Shown here: piece by piece, positions 7,429 through 17,900 of the stretch
Layout: every line of letters starts with the position of its first letter
How positions within the stretch are numbered: the first letter of the stretch is position 1
From: a virus
Taxonomy: Duplodnaviria > Caudoviricetes
Virus record (IMG/VR): IMGVR_UViG_3300043932_000067
Coordinates: 1-39,169 of that record
Direction: 5' to 3' (one strand)
DNA length: 39,169 nucleotides
The notes under the pieces: model-generated
Seen by the model: only the letters and a program-made list of their open reading frames with translations
Told to the model about the DNA's origin: nothing
The model's database searches: none
Position numbers and translations under genes: made by a program

Positions 7429-9005
7429 TCGACTACAGCTCAGACGCGCCGTGGCCGCCTCGCAGCCAGGACCAGACCCTTCGCCGCATCGCCGAGTGGG
7501 ACGCCTGGTACTCGGGCGACCCGGGCAAGCTGGCCACCGCATACGCCTTCGGCGACGACTCGATGGGCAGCGCATACAGCACGCCGCAGCATCCGCACGC
7601 CTACCGCCGCTCTGACGGCACCGCCTGGTCTGGTGGTGTCGTCGGCTGGGCTCACCGCATGTGGTGGGGCGAGCCGGTCGATGACACGTCGAGCAGCCGA
7701 GGCAAGCTCCATATCCCGCTGGCCGGTGACATCGCCACCGCCAGCGCCGATCTGCTGTTCTCGCAGGAGCTGGGCATCGACACCAGCCTGTCCGAGTCGG
7801 GCAAGGCGCGGCTCGTCGACATCATGGACGAGAACAACCTGCCCGCCCTGCTGTCCGAGTCTGCCGAGCGCGGGGCCGCCACCGGCTCGTCGTGGCTGCG
7901 CGTGGTCACCGACCCCGAGGTGTCCGATGATCCGATCGTGGATCTCGTCGACGCCTCGCACGCCATCCCGACATTCCGCTGGGGACGCCTGGTCTCCGTG
8001 CAGTTCTGGGACGAGGTGGCCCGCTCCGGCGGCACCGTGTGGCGTCACATCCAGGAGCACACGGCCGCAGGTATCGAGCACGCCCTGTACGAGGGCACCG
8101 ACACGAGGCTGGGGATCCACCGTGAACTGACTCTCCAGCCCGCCACCGCAGACCTCGCCGTCGATGCCAACAGCTCGGTGCCCACGCCCGGCATGAGCGC
8201 CTTCTACGTGCCCAACATGCGCCCGAACCCCGACGGTGGACCGCTCGGGGCCTCCGACTACTCCGGCGGTACGGCTGCCCTGTTCGACGCTGTTGACGAG
8301 GCCTGGTCGTCGCTGATGCGCGACGTCAAGATGGGCAAGGCCAGGATCATCGTCCCGCAGGCCTATCTCCAGCAGATCGATGGACCGGGCAGCGGCTCTA
8401 CGTTCGACTTCGAGCGCGAGCTGTACGTCGGCATGAACATGCCGCCGAACAGCACCGGCAGTTCCATCGAATCCACCCAGTTCCAGATCCGCTCCGAGGA
8501 GCATCTGCGCGTGATCGACGCCGCTGTCAGGCAGGCCATCCAGTCCGCCGGCTACTCGGTCGCCTCATTCGGCCTCGACGACTCCGGCAGTGCGCAGACG
8601 GCGACCGAGGTGAGGGCCAAGCGCGAGCGGTCCATCACCACCCGCGGGAAGAAGATCAGGTACTGGACCAATCCGCTGGAGGACATGCTCGACTACGTTG
8701 CTCGTCTCTCCGGACTCGGTGAGGCTGAGACGGTGGTCGAGTTCCCGCAGGCCGTCGCACCGACTCAGCTTGAGCTGGCACAGGTGGCCCAAACGATGCT
8801 GTCAGCTCAGGCCGCATCGACACGTGAGCGCGTCCGGATCGTGCACCCGAACTGGGATGACGATCAGGTCGACGAGGAGGCCGAGACGATCGACTCCGCG
8901 AATGCCGTGCCCGATCCGTTGGAGGTTGGCAGGCAGGCCGCCGCACAGGTGGCCCAGCAGGCCGCTAGCCTCGACGGCGCGAAGGTCGACGGCGAGGAGG
9001 GCTGA
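7425..9005 (+). CDS. portal protein (SPP1 gp6-like)
   Basis: GTG 7425 overlaps the terL stop. Motifs KLHIPLAGDIATASADLLF, YVPNMRPN, G.SDY and TATEV. Synteny supports the call. Confidence 0.9.
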   Translation: MIDYSSDAPWPPRSQDQTLRRIAEWDAWYSGDPGKLATAYAFGDDSMGSAYSTPQHPHAYRRSDGTAWSGGVVGWAHRMWWGEPVDDTSSSRGKLHIPLAGDIATASADLLFSQELGIDTSLSESGKARLVDIMDENNLPALLSESAERGAATGSSWLRVVTDPEVSDDPIVDLVDASHAIPTFRWGRLVSVQFWDEVARSGGTVWRHIQEHTAAGIEHALYEGTDTRLGIHRELTLQPATADLAVDANSSVPTPGMSAFYVPNMRPNPDGGPLGASDYSGGTAALFDAVDEAWSSLMRDVKMGKARIIVPQAYLQQIDGPGSGSTFDFERELYVGMNMPPNSTGSSIESTQFQIRSEEHLRVIDAAVRQAIQSAGYSVASFGLDDSGSAQTATEVRAKRERSITTRGKKIRYWTNPLEDMLDYVARLSGLGEAETVVEFPQAVAPTQLELAQVAQTMLSAQAASTRERVRIVHPNWDDDQVDEEAETIDSANAVPDPLEVGRQAAAQVAQQAASLDGAKVDGEEG

Positions 9006-10084
9006 TGTCTGTCTCCCCCGCCATGGCCGAAGGGCTCGCCGAGACGCTGCGGGCCCTGTACGGCGACGCCGAGCAGATCCTCCTCGCCCGCATCGCGCGG
9101 GCGCTGGCTCAGGGTCTTGACGCGCCCGACTGGACCGAGCGCAAGCTGGCTGAGCTGCAACTGGTGATGGCACGGGCTCGCGGCGATCTGGAGCGTCTCA
9201 CCCCGCGCGCCGTCGAGGAGATCGTGCAAGCGGTCCTCAAGGCATGGAACAGGGGCGCCGCCACTGCGACGTCCGACGCTCACGCCTCACGGGATCTGGT
9301 GGCAGCGGTGGCCGAGGGTGCGAATCCGGCAGGCCTTCCCGCTGTGCAGCAGCTGGCCGCCGAGACCGCCGCCACCGTCGTCTCATCTCACACGGCCATT
9401 CTGCGGTCCACGGAGGACATCTACCGGTCTGTGGTGGCCCGCACGGCGCCTCAGGTGCTGCTGGGCACGCAGACCCGACGTGAGGCCACGCAGACCGCCC
9501 TCGACGAGTTCGCCACCAAGGGGATCTCAGGATTCACCGACAAGGCCGGGAGGCGCTGGGGCATGGACTCCTACGCCGAGATGGCCACAAGGACCGCGAC
9601 CGGCCATGCTGCCGTCGACGGGCATGTGGACCGGCTGGCCAGGTTGGGTCAGGACCTCGTCATCGTCTCCGACTCACCGCGCGAGTGCCCCGCTTGCGCC
9701 CCGTGGGAGCGGAAAGTCTTGTCCCTGTCCGGTGCCCCTCACGTGGGCGAGGACGTCGAGGTTGCCGGCACGCTGGACGATGCGCGGGCGGCCGGGCTGA
9801 TGCACCCGAACTGCACCCACACGATCTCCTCCTTCTTCCCGGGCGTCACGAAGGTCAAGCCGGCCGACAATGACCCCGAGGGCTACGCGGCCAAGCAGCG
9901 CCAGAGGGCCATCGAGCGGCACATCCGCGAGTGGAAGCGACGCCGGGCGGTGGCCATGGACGACGCCGCTGCGGCCCGTGCGGACGTGAAGATCAAGGCC
10001 TGGCAGGCCGAGGCCCGAAAGAACGTCCGCGAGACGGGCACAAAGCGATTGAGCGCGCGCGAGCAGATCGGCAAGGCTCACTAG
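9005..10084 (+). CDS. minor capsid protein (phage minor capsid 2 / MuF-like)
   Basis: Motifs GRRW...SYAEMATRT, CPACAPWE, GLMHPNCTH and QRAIERHIREWKRR. Located after the portal. Confidence 0.85.
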   Translation: MSVSPAMAEGLAETLRALYGDAEQILLARIARALAQGLDAPDWTERKLAELQLVMARARGDLERLTPRAVEEIVQAVLKAWNRGAATATSDAHASRDLVAAVAEGANPAGLPAVQQLAAETAATVVSSHTAILRSTEDIYRSVVARTAPQVLLGTQTRREATQTALDEFATKGISGFTDKAGRRWGMDSYAEMATRTATGHAAVDGHVDRLARLGQDLVIVSDSPRECPACAPWERKVLSLSGAPHVGEDVEVAGTLDDARAAGLMHPNCTHTISSFFPGVTKVKPADNDPEGYAAKQRQRAIERHIREWKRRRAVAMDDAAAARADVKIKAWQAEARKNVRETGTKRLSAREQIGKAH

Positions 10085-10100
10085 CTCGCCCCACATTCTC

Positions 10101-10130
10101 AGCCCCCACCATCAGGTCCGGGGGCTGTTT
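10101..10130 (+). terminator. putative hairpin/terminator
   Basis: AGCCCCC(10101-10107)/GGGGGCT(10120-10126) followed by GTTT. Confidence 0.45.
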
Positions 10131-10175
10131 CACATGCCCGCAGGACGGGCGATCACACGGAACCCAGGAGGAACC

Positions 10176-10838
10176 ATGGCAGACGAGAACGGCGCCAGCG
10201 AGTCCGGCGAGCAGGCATCCGAGGAGGCCCAGCAGGATCAGACTCAGGATGCCCAGCAGTCCACGCAGGACGACCAGCAGGAGACCCCGGAGCAGACCAT
10301 CGCCCGGCTGACCCGCGAGGTCGAGTCGGCGCGCAAGGAGGCCGGCAAGCAGCGCGTCAACGCGAAGCAGGCCGCCGCCGACGAGGCTCGCAATGCCACC
10401 CTGTCCAAGGTGCTGGAGGCCCTCGGCGTCAAGGCCGACGGCTCCAAGAAGGTGTCGCTGGAGGATGTCCAGGCCGAGTCCGCCAAGAAGGACGCCAGCC
10501 TCGCTCAGCTCGCCGCCGAGAACGTCGTCCTGCGCCGTGCTGCCACCCTCGGGGCCGATGCCGACAAGCTGCTCAACTGGTCCCCGTTCACCTCCGCCGT
10601 CGGCAAGCTCGATCCGGGCGCCGACGACTACCAGACGCAGGTCGATCAGCTCATCACCGAGCAGAAGACCTCCAACCCCTTCCTTGCCACCCAGGCGGTC
10701 GGCAAGTCCGGCTCAGAGATCGGCGGGTCCGGTCCTCAGGCCATCACCAAGGAGCGATTCGACGCCATGAGCGGCGAGGAACTCAACACCCTGTATCGAA
10801 ACGATCCGGCGACGTTCAAGCGCCTCGCCGATCTCTGA
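10176..10838 (+). CDS. capsid scaffolding protein
   Basis: RBS AGGAGG and ATG 10176. Acidic Gln-rich N-terminus and coiled coil (ARKEAGKQR). Directly upstream of the major capsid gene. Confidence 0.85.
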   Translation: MADENGASESGEQASEEAQQDQTQDAQQSTQDDQQETPEQTIARLTREVESARKEAGKQRVNAKQAAADEARNATLSKVLEALGVKADGSKKVSLEDVQAESAKKDASLAQLAAENVVLRRAATLGADADKLLNWSPFTSAVGKLDPGADDYQTQVDQLITEQKTSNPFLATQAVGKSGSEIGGSGPQAITKERFDAMSGEELNTLYRNDPATFKRLADL

Positions 10839-10857
10839 CCGCCAGGAGGGAACACCC

Positions 10858-11733
10858 ATGGCAACCATCACTTCTTCCGCGCTCTTCGCCCCCGAGGTGT
10901 GGGCGCAGATCGCAATGCGCGAGTTCAAGGGCAAGGCGATCGTCGGCACCAGCCCGGCCGTCCTGTCCTCCGACGAGCTCGCCGGGCAGCCCGGCGACAC
11001 CATCAACTTCCCCAAGTGGGGTCTGCTGTCCGAGATGGCCGACGTCGCCGAGACTGATTCGCTGGTCCCTGAGACCCTGACCCAGTCGAACTCCAAGGCC
11101 ACCATCAAGGAGGCCGGGAAGGCCGTCGAGTTCACCGACAAGGCGACCCTGACCGGCATCGGTTCGGTCCAGGCCGAGGCTACCCGCCAGTTCGGCATCC
11201 TGGCCGCCCGCAAGGTCGACTCGGATCTGATCGCCGCCGCGACCCAGGTGGTCACCGGAGGCGTCACCTACGCCGACGGCACCACGGCCGTGGACTCCAA
11301 GCCGTACACCCTGACCGCCACCGGCGGCCTGACCTGGGCCAACATCGTGGCCGCCATGATGCTGTTCGGCGACGACTACGACCCCGCCGACTTCGCCGGG
11401 CTGTTCATCAACAGCGCCCAGGCCGCCGCGATGCTGACCGACAAGGACTTCATCTCGGCCGCGCAGACCTCCGGCGGCAACACGCTGGTCAACGGCGGGC
11501 TGCTGGGCACCAAGGGCGGCCTCCAGGTCTTCCTCACCAACCGGCTCGCCGATGGCAAGGCGCTGCTGCTCAAGAACCAGAGCCTCGGCCTGTTCTACAA
11601 GCGGCGCCCGGTCGTCGAGCAGGACCGCGACATCCTCGCCCGCACCACGGTGATCTCCACCAACCTGCACTACGCCGTCAAGCGCATCAACGACGAGGGC
11701 GTGGTCGACATCACCATCACCGCCGGGGTGTGA
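10858..11733 (+). CDS. major capsid protein (HK97 fold, N4-gp56-like family)
   Basis: Motifs F.PEVWA, L.GQPGDTINFPKW, ATIKEAGKAVEFTD and VEQDRDILARTTVI. Strong codon bias. Confidence 0.92.
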   Translation: MATITSSALFAPEVWAQIAMREFKGKAIVGTSPAVLSSDELAGQPGDTINFPKWGLLSEMADVAETDSLVPETLTQSNSKATIKEAGKAVEFTDKATLTGIGSVQAEATRQFGILAARKVDSDLIAAATQVVTGGVTYADGTTAVDSKPYTLTATGGLTWANIVAAMMLFGDDYDPADFAGLFINSAQAAAMLTDKDFISAAQTSGGNTLVNGGLLGTKGGLQVFLTNRLADGKALLLKNQSLGLFYKRRPVVEQDRDILARTTVISTNLHYAVKRINDEGVVDITITAGV

Positions 11734-11738
11734 TCGAC

Positions 11739-11852
11739 ATGGGCATGATGCTGCGCCGCCACCGGGGCAAGCCGGACGAGACCCCGGACCCCGAGCCGTC
11801 CGACGACAAGCCGGACGAGACCCCGGAGAAGAAGACCGAGAAGAAGGGCTGA
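11739..11852 (+). CDS. small acidic protein after the capsid gene (37 aa, MGMMLRRH...)
   Basis: Fills the gap between the capsid gene and the adaptor. Carries an internal 21-bp direct repeat (11768-11788, 11807-11827). Confidence 0.6.
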   Translation: MGMMLRRHRGKPDETPDPEPSDDKPDETPEKKTEKKG

Positions 11853-11853
11853 C

Positions 11854-12249
11854 ATGGCTTCCACTTGGGCCACCGTGGCCGACTGCACCGCCACCCATCC
11901 GGATGACATCGTGGACGACTATGGCGTGGAGCTGGCCTCCCGTCAGATCACCACGGTCCTCCACGGCGCCTCCTTCGACATCACGAAGGAAGACGTCGCC
12001 GGGGCGCTGCGGGATGCCACGGTCGCCCAGGTCCACGCCAACGTGGCGGCATCCAAGAAGTCGGCGGCGGGACCGTCGGCTGACCGGATCACCTCCGCGA
12101 AGATCGGCAGCGCCTCCTACACTCTGGCGGCCTCGTCGTCGCCTGAGTCGCAGGAGACGCGGCTGGCCGCCGACGGGGTGTCTGTGGATGCTCTGGCGAT
12201 CCTCACCGAGGCCGGTCTTCTGCCGGTAGTGCCGTGGCTGGTGGGATGA
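11854..12249 (+). CDS. head-to-tail adaptor
   Basis: Motifs ALRDATVAQV, SAKIGSASY and A.AIL.EAGL, with supporting synteny. Confidence 0.75.
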   Translation: MASTWATVADCTATHPDDIVDDYGVELASRQITTVLHGASFDITKEDVAGALRDATVAQVHANVAASKKSAAGPSADRITSAKIGSASYTLAASSSPESQETRLAADGVSVDALAILTEAGLLPVVPWLVG

Positions 12250-12250
12250 C

Positions 12251-12565
12251 ATGGACCTACCCGAGTGGATGATGCCCCACACGGTCACGGTTGAGCCGCT
12301 GACCGGAACGGGCCCCTACGGCGACCAGTACGGGCCGCCCCGCGAGGTCAGGTGCCTTGTCGAGGACACCCGCCAGCTCGTCCGGGCCCTGGACGGCACA
12401 GAGGTCGTCTCACAGACCACCATCTACGCGCCGCCGGGGATCGAATGCCCGCCCGATTCCAAGGTCACCCTTCCGTCGGGTCGTGTCTCCTACGTGCTCA
12501 CGGTGGCAACCCATGACGACGGCGGACTCGGAGGCTGGCAGCACGCGGAGGTGAACCTCAAATGA
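12251..12565 (+). CDS. head-to-tail stopper / head closure protein
   Basis: Motifs HTVTVEP..GTGPYG, LVR..DG.EVVS and SKVTLP, with supporting synteny. Confidence 0.75.
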   Translation: MDLPEWMMPHTVTVEPLTGTGPYGDQYGPPREVRCLVEDTRQLVRALDGTEVVSQTTIYAPPGIECPPDSKVTLPSGRVSYVLTVATHDDGGLGGWQHAEVNLK

Positions 12566-12921
12566 GTTTCAGCCCGGTGCAGATCCTCGTCTCCCTCGAC
12601 AGACTGGCAGCTGACACCCTCGGGCAGGTCTCCGGCGGCCTCCAGCTGGCAGCCGAGCACATCCTCGCCGAGGCCACCGATCTGGTGCCCATCGAGGAGG
12701 GCACGCTGCAACGCTCTGGCACCGTCTCCATCGACGCCATGGGCACCACGGCAGCCGTGTCCTACGACACCCCTTATGCCGTCCGCCAGCACGAGGAGAT
12801 CAACTGGCGGCACGATCCTGGCCGCCGGGCGAAGTTCCTGGAGGCCCCGATGAACGATCCGGCCGTGCAGCAGGGCTGCCGTCAGATCCTCGCGCAGACC
12901 ATCGGGAGGGCGTGGCGATGA
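12562..12921 (+). CDS. HK97 gp10-like neck/tail completion protein
   Basis: Motifs VPIEEGTLQRSG, YDTPYAVRQHE and AKFLE. Confidence 0.75.
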   Translation: MSFSPVQILVSLDRLAADTLGQVSGGLQLAAEHILAEATDLVPIEEGTLQRSGTVSIDAMGTTAAVSYDTPYAVRQHEEINWRHDPGRRAKFLEAPMNDPAVQQGCRQILAQTIGRAWR

Positions 12922-13358
12922 CAGACCCGAACAGTCTCCTGATCGTCGAGGCGGCAGGTCTGCTGTCGGCGGCAGGGATCGGCCTGTGGAACCCGGACGG
13001 CGCCTACCCGCCCGATCCTGACAGGCCGGTCATCATCGATTCGGCCATGCCTGCCAGCCCTGACTCTGTGATCGTCCTCACCGTCTACCCGATCAGCTCC
13101 GGGGCAGGCGATGAGGACGACGTGGTCGGACTCCAGGTCCGCACCCGTGCAGCCGGGGCGAGGCCCGATGCGGTGCGCGCCATCGACCGCGACGTCTTCG
13201 AGGTGCTGCACAATCGGCGGGGCTCCATCGGCGCCGTGCCTGTCACGCGCTGCCTGGCGCAGTCCTCGGCCAGTCTCGGACAGGACGACTCGAAGCGGTG
13301 GGAATGGTCCACCAACTACTACGTGACGCTCCCCCGCGCCACACCTCACTACCACTAG
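12918..13358 (+). CDS. tail terminator protein (Minor_capsid_3-like)
   Basis: Motifs MPASPD.VIVLTVY, LQVRTR and LGQD...RWEWSTNY, with supporting synteny. Confidence 0.75.
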   Translation: MTDPNSLLIVEAAGLLSAAGIGLWNPDGAYPPDPDRPVIIDSAMPASPDSVIVLTVYPISSGAGDEDDVVGLQVRTRAAGARPDAVRAIDRDVFEVLHNRRGSIGAVPVTRCLAQSSASLGQDDSKRWEWSTNYYVTLPRATPHYH

Positions 13359-13368
13359 GAGGCATCTG

Positions 13369-13527
13369 ATGCCGAACATGAAGAAGGGCGACGATGTGAT
13401 GAACATTCAGCCCGCCATCGTCGACGCCATGAAGGCCAAGGGCTGGCGGGTCATCGAAACCGACAAGCCCGCAGAATCTCAGCCCTCCAAGGGCGACAAG
13501 CTGAAGGGGAACAAGAACAATGGCTGA
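13369..13527 (+). CDS. small hypothetical protein (52 aa; not in the ORF track)
   Basis: RBS AGGAGG then ATG 13369. Translates MPNMKKGDDVMNIQPAIVDAMKAKGWRV...NKNNG. The stop overlaps the major tail start. Confidence 0.65.
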   Translation: MPNMKKGDDVMNIQPAIVDAMKAKGWRVIETDKPAESQPSKGDKLKGNKNNG

Positions 13528-14047
13528 CACCGCCACCGTGAGGGTTGAGCTCGGCAATACCGCTCTCAACAAGGACTGGTACTTCGACGTCGACACGTCC
13601 GGGACTTCCGACACCCCGACGTGGACCCCCGTCAACGGCATCACTGACTTCAAGGCCACCACCGACGTCGACACCACCGACGACACGGACTTCTCCTCTG
13701 ACGGCTGGACCTCGGAGATGGCCGTCTCCAAGTCGTGGTCCATCCAGGTGAAGCTCAAGCGGGCCCGCCAAGCCTCGGCGGTCGCCTACGACCCCGGGCA
13801 GGATTTCCTGCTGGCCAACAATGCTGGCGTCGTGCACGTCCGCTGGTACGAGATGGGCGGAGACGGCACTGCCTCCGGACCCGACTCCATGCCCCGCATC
13901 GAGGCCTACGAGGGCCATGCGGCGGTCAAGTGGGCCGATGACGGCGGCGACAACAAGGCGCTGCGCACCGCGACCGTGGACCTGACCGGACGCGGCAAGC
14001 GGCTGTCCATCGCCCACCCGGCCCCCAACGCCACCACCACCCCCTGA
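13520..14047 (+). CDS. major tail (tube) protein
   Basis: Motifs WTPVNGITDF, DDTDFSSDGW and YDPGQ. Strong codon bias. Upstream of the chaperone and tape measure genes. Confidence 0.85.
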   Translation: MADTATVRVELGNTALNKDWYFDVDTSGTSDTPTWTPVNGITDFKATTDVDTTDDTDFSSDGWTSEMAVSKSWSIQVKLKRARQASAVAYDPGQDFLLANNAGVVHVRWYEMGGDGTASGPDSMPRIEAYEGHAAVKWADDGGDNKALRTATVDLTGRGKRLSIAHPAPNATTTP

Positions 14048-14063
14048 CCGACCCCCACAAGCT

Positions 14064-14100
14064 GCCCCCGTGATCCGGCTGGGGATCACGGGGGCTTCTC
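14064..14100 (+). terminator. 13-bp perfect hairpin after the major tail gene
   Basis: GCCCCCGTGATCC(14064-14076)/GGATCACGGGGGC(14083-14095) followed by TTCTC. Confidence 0.6.
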
Positions 14101-14148
14101 CATGCCCAGCCACCTCCCAGCCACCCCTCCCAGCCGAAGGATCACACC

Positions 14149-14619
14149 ATGACCGCCCCCAAGAAGACCCCAGACTCAGCCACCCTGAACCGCCCCCTGC
14201 ACATCCCGTTCGGCAAGGGCTACGACATCCCACCGCTCAAGGCCATCAATGCACTGCGCGTGCGCACCATGGGCGCCATGATCGACGGCGACGACCCCTC
14301 TGACGAGCAGGTCGCCGAGGCCATGGGGCGCCTCAAGGAGCTCGGCATCGAGGATCCGGACAACTACGGCGAGTTCGAGATGGGCAACGACCTGTTCGGC
14401 GTCGAGATGAACGTCGCCATGCTCAACGACCTCACCATGAACGAGTACGACGTGGCACGGTCTGCGGTGGTCGGCTGGACCCTCACCCAGGATCGCAAGC
14501 CCGCCGAGGAGCTGCTGGCAAACCCTACCGGGCGGCCGAGGCCGCAGGATCACAAGGCGCCCGCCAGGAAGGCCCCGGCGCGCAAGCCGGCGGCCAAGAA
14601 GACCAGTTCGTCGAGGTAA
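14149..14619 (+). CDS. tail assembly chaperone (G-like, short form)
   Basis: Lies between the major tail and tape measure genes and has a basic C-terminal tail. Confidence 0.8.
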   Translation: MTAPKKTPDSATLNRPLHIPFGKGYDIPPLKAINALRVRTMGAMIDGDDPSDEQVAEAMGRLKELGIEDPDNYGEFEMGNDLFGVEMNVAMLNDLTMNEYDVARSAVVGWTLTQDRKPAEELLANPTGRPRPQDHKAPARKAPARKPAAKKTSSSR

Positions 14620-14912
14620 CCGCCGAGAACCCGGCGGGCCTGCCGCGCATCTGGCGCGAACCCGAGCCCGCCGGGCCCGACCTGTGGGACGTCGTCTGGG
14701 AGCACTGGGACGACGTTGAGGCCGACCTGGCCGAGCGCTTCGGCATCGACATGTGGGCGGGCGGCTGGGACATGTCCTGGTTCGCCCTGCTGGCCCGCAT
14801 CAGCTCCCTCGTCTCCGCCCCTGTGGGCCGCTATCTGGCGCCCACCGATGAGGGTTTCGAGGTCCGCCCCATCCCAGCCACACGGCTCCAATCACTGCTC
14901 ATGGAGGAATGA
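14149..14912 (+). CDS. tail assembly chaperone, long form via -1 programmed frameshift at A_AAC_CCT (14520-14526)
   Basis: In-frame X XXY YYZ heptamer. The -1 frame is open from 14520 to TGA 14910-14912 and encodes WEHWDDVEADLAERFGIDM..MSW..LLARI, typical of GT-type chaperone C-domains. Confidence 0.75.
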
Positions 14913-14915
14913 CCG

Positions 14916-17900
14916 ATGGCTCTCGATCTCGGCACCCTGTCCGGCAAGATCGCGCTGGACACCAGCGACTTCGAGAAGTCCGTCGCCTCCGCCAAGGCCA
15001 CCCTCAACGGCTGGGCCAAGGACGCCGACAAGACCGCCGCCGCCACCGGCAAGTCCGTCTCCGACGGCATGGGCAAGGGCGCCGAACAGGCCGCCCAGCG
15101 CACCTCGAAGGCCACCGACACGGCCAAAGCCGCCTACGACAAGGCCGCCAAGGCCGCAGAGGAGGCCTCTCAGCGCCAGGACTCAGCCGCCCGCAAGGTC
15201 GACGTCGCTGAGACCCGCCTGAGTGAGACTAGGCAGAAGTACGCCGCGGGATCCTCGCAGGTCAAGGCCGCCGAGGACCGCCTCATCTCCGCCCGCCAGC
15301 AGTCCACCCGCGCCGACGAGCAGGCCGCCGAGGCCAAGAAGAAGGCCACCAAGGCCTCCGAGGAGGTCGCCAAGGCCGCCGTCTCAGAGGCCGAGGCGCA
15401 GAAGAAGACCGGGACGGCAGCCGACCAGGCGGCCGCCAAGGGGTCGGGCGCCATGTCGCGCCTCAAGGCCTCCATCAGCTCCCTGTCAAGGCGCTCCAAC
15501 CCCTTCCAGGCCTTCCCGTCGCAGGCCAAGACCGCAGGTGACGAGTCGGGGGCACGATTCGGGTCGGGCTTCCAGTCCAGCGCCAAGAGCGGCCTCGCAT
15601 CCTTCGGGTCGATGTTCAAGGCCTCCTTCCTTGGCAACGCTGCGAGCTCGGCGCTCACGTCGGGCATCGGTGCCATCAAGTCCGGGCTCGAATCGGGCTT
15701 CGGACGGCTGGAGTCCATTGACCAGGCCACCGCCAAGCTCACCGGCCTGGGCAACAGCGCCAACACCACCAAGACCATTCTCAACAACGCCCTCGCCTCC
15801 GTGAAGGGGACGGCCTACGGCATGGGCGACGCGGCCACCGTTGCGGCGTCCATGACCGCCTCGGGCATCAAGCCGGGCCAGGATCTTGAGAAGACCCTCT
15901 CCCTGGTCGCAGATACCGCCACCATCGCCGGACGGTCCATCACCGATATCGGCGCCATTTTCGGATCGGTAGCGGCCAAGGGCAAGCTCCAGGGCGACGA
16001 TCTGCTCCAGCTGACCAGCTCCGGTGTGCCGGTGCTGCAATTCCTGTCGCAGACGATGCACAAGACGACCGCCGAGGTCTCGGACATGTCGTCCAAGGGC
16101 AAGATCAGCTTCGCGGACTTCCAGAAGGCCATGGAGGTCGGGCTAGGTGGCTCGGCCAAGTCGTCCGGTGACACCTTCTCCGGGGCCATGGCGAACGCCA
16201 AGGCGGCCCTCGGGCGCCTGACCGCCGACGTCATGGGCGGCGCCTTCAAGCAGATGCCCGGCACCTTCAAGGGCATTACCGCCCAGATCGACGCCATGGC
16301 TCCGGCCGCCGAGCGTGCAGGCGCCAAGGTCTCCTCCGGTATCGGGTCCGCCTTCACCACCATCAAGGGCCTGTTCAACCTGATGGCGAAGGGCGACTAC
16401 ACCGCCAGCCTCGGGAAGTCGTTGGGCATCGAGGAGGACTCCCCGATCGTCGGGACGCTGCTGTCCCTCAGGCAGACCTTCATCGACTTCGGGTCGTCAG
16501 TCAAGACCGCCGTGCAGGGCGTCGTCTCCGCCTTCGGCCCCATGGCCGCCGAGGCTGCCAAGCTGGCAGGCGGGGCCGCGCTGGGCGCGCTGTCCGTCGT
16601 CATGAAGATCCTCACCCCGCTGTTCAACGCGCTGGGCAACAGCCTCAAGGCTCATCCGGTCCTGTGGCGCACTGTCGCAGCCTCCATCCTCGGGGCTGTC
16701 GTCGCGCTCAAGGCGTTGTCGGTGGCGACGTCGATCGCGTCCGGAATCGGCGGTATCGTCAAGTCCATCGGAGGGGCCGTCACGGCCTTCAAGAAGGGCT
16801 CAACGGTCATTACGTCCTTCAACCGCGCCTTCCATGCGTTGGGGATCGCCTTCCGGCTCAATCCGATCGGCCTTGTCGTCACCGCAATCGGGCTACTCGT
16901 CGCCGGATTCATCTACGCCTACACGCACTCCGAGCGCTTCCGGAACATCGTTAACGGCGCCCTCAACGGCGTCAAGAACGCCGCGCTGGCGGTCGGCCGC
17001 TGGTTCTCCGGCCCGTTTGTCAACTTTTTCAAGTCGGCATGGGGCGGCATCAAGGCCGGATTCTCGGCCATCGGCGGATTCTTCACCGGAATCTGGAACG
17101 GCATCAAGGCCGTCTTCACCGGTGGTGTCAACGCCGTCAAGGGCGTCTGGTCGACCCTGTGGACCGCACTGACGAACAGCTGGGGTTTCAAGGCACTCCA
17201 GTCCATCTTCTCGGTGTACTTCCGGCTCATCAAGCTGGTCTTCACCAACTTCATCAACGGCGTCAAGATCGTCTGGAACGGGCTGTGGACCGCCCTCAAG
17301 TTCGTCGCCTCCGGATTCATGACGAGCCTGAGGACCATCATCTCGGCCGGAATGTGGGTGGTCCGAAACGTCATCATGCCGCCCATCAACGCCATCAAGG
17401 CGGTCTGGTCGGCAGCGTGGGGCTGGATCTCCTCCAAGGTCTCGGCGATCTTCGGAGCGATCCACCACAACGTCTCAGTGAAGATACTCCAGGTGCAGAT
17501 GGTCATCACGCGCGTGATGAACGTCATCAAGGCTGTCTGGAACGCCGGATTCGAGAAGGTAAAGTCCATCGCCTCGTCGGCCATGAGCTCAGTGAAGTCC
17601 GGCATCAACCGCGTCCTCGGGGGCATCGAAGGGGCCTTCTCCGGAGCGCTCAGGTGGATCGAGCGCGTGTGGGGCGGCCTCCAGAACATCACCAAGAAGC
17701 CGATCTCATTCGTCCTGAAGACGGTCATCAACGGCGGCCTCATCAAGGGCTTCAACTGGGTCGCCAACAAGCTCGGCGCCAAGACCATGCCGAACGTCCC
17801 GATCCCGAGGGGGTTCCGCGAGGGCGGCCCGACCGGCAGCATGGGCGTCAATGACATCGCCGGAGTGGTGCACGGCCAGGAATTCGTCATGGACGCCGAG

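Noticed and set aside
10816-12288. Long antisense ORFs (e.g. 490 aa here; also 7440-8504, 17706-18959, 19244-20662, 26393-27325)
   Set aside because: These are shadows of high-GC3 sense genes. They lack an RBS or recognisable motifs and overlap well-supported structural genes.
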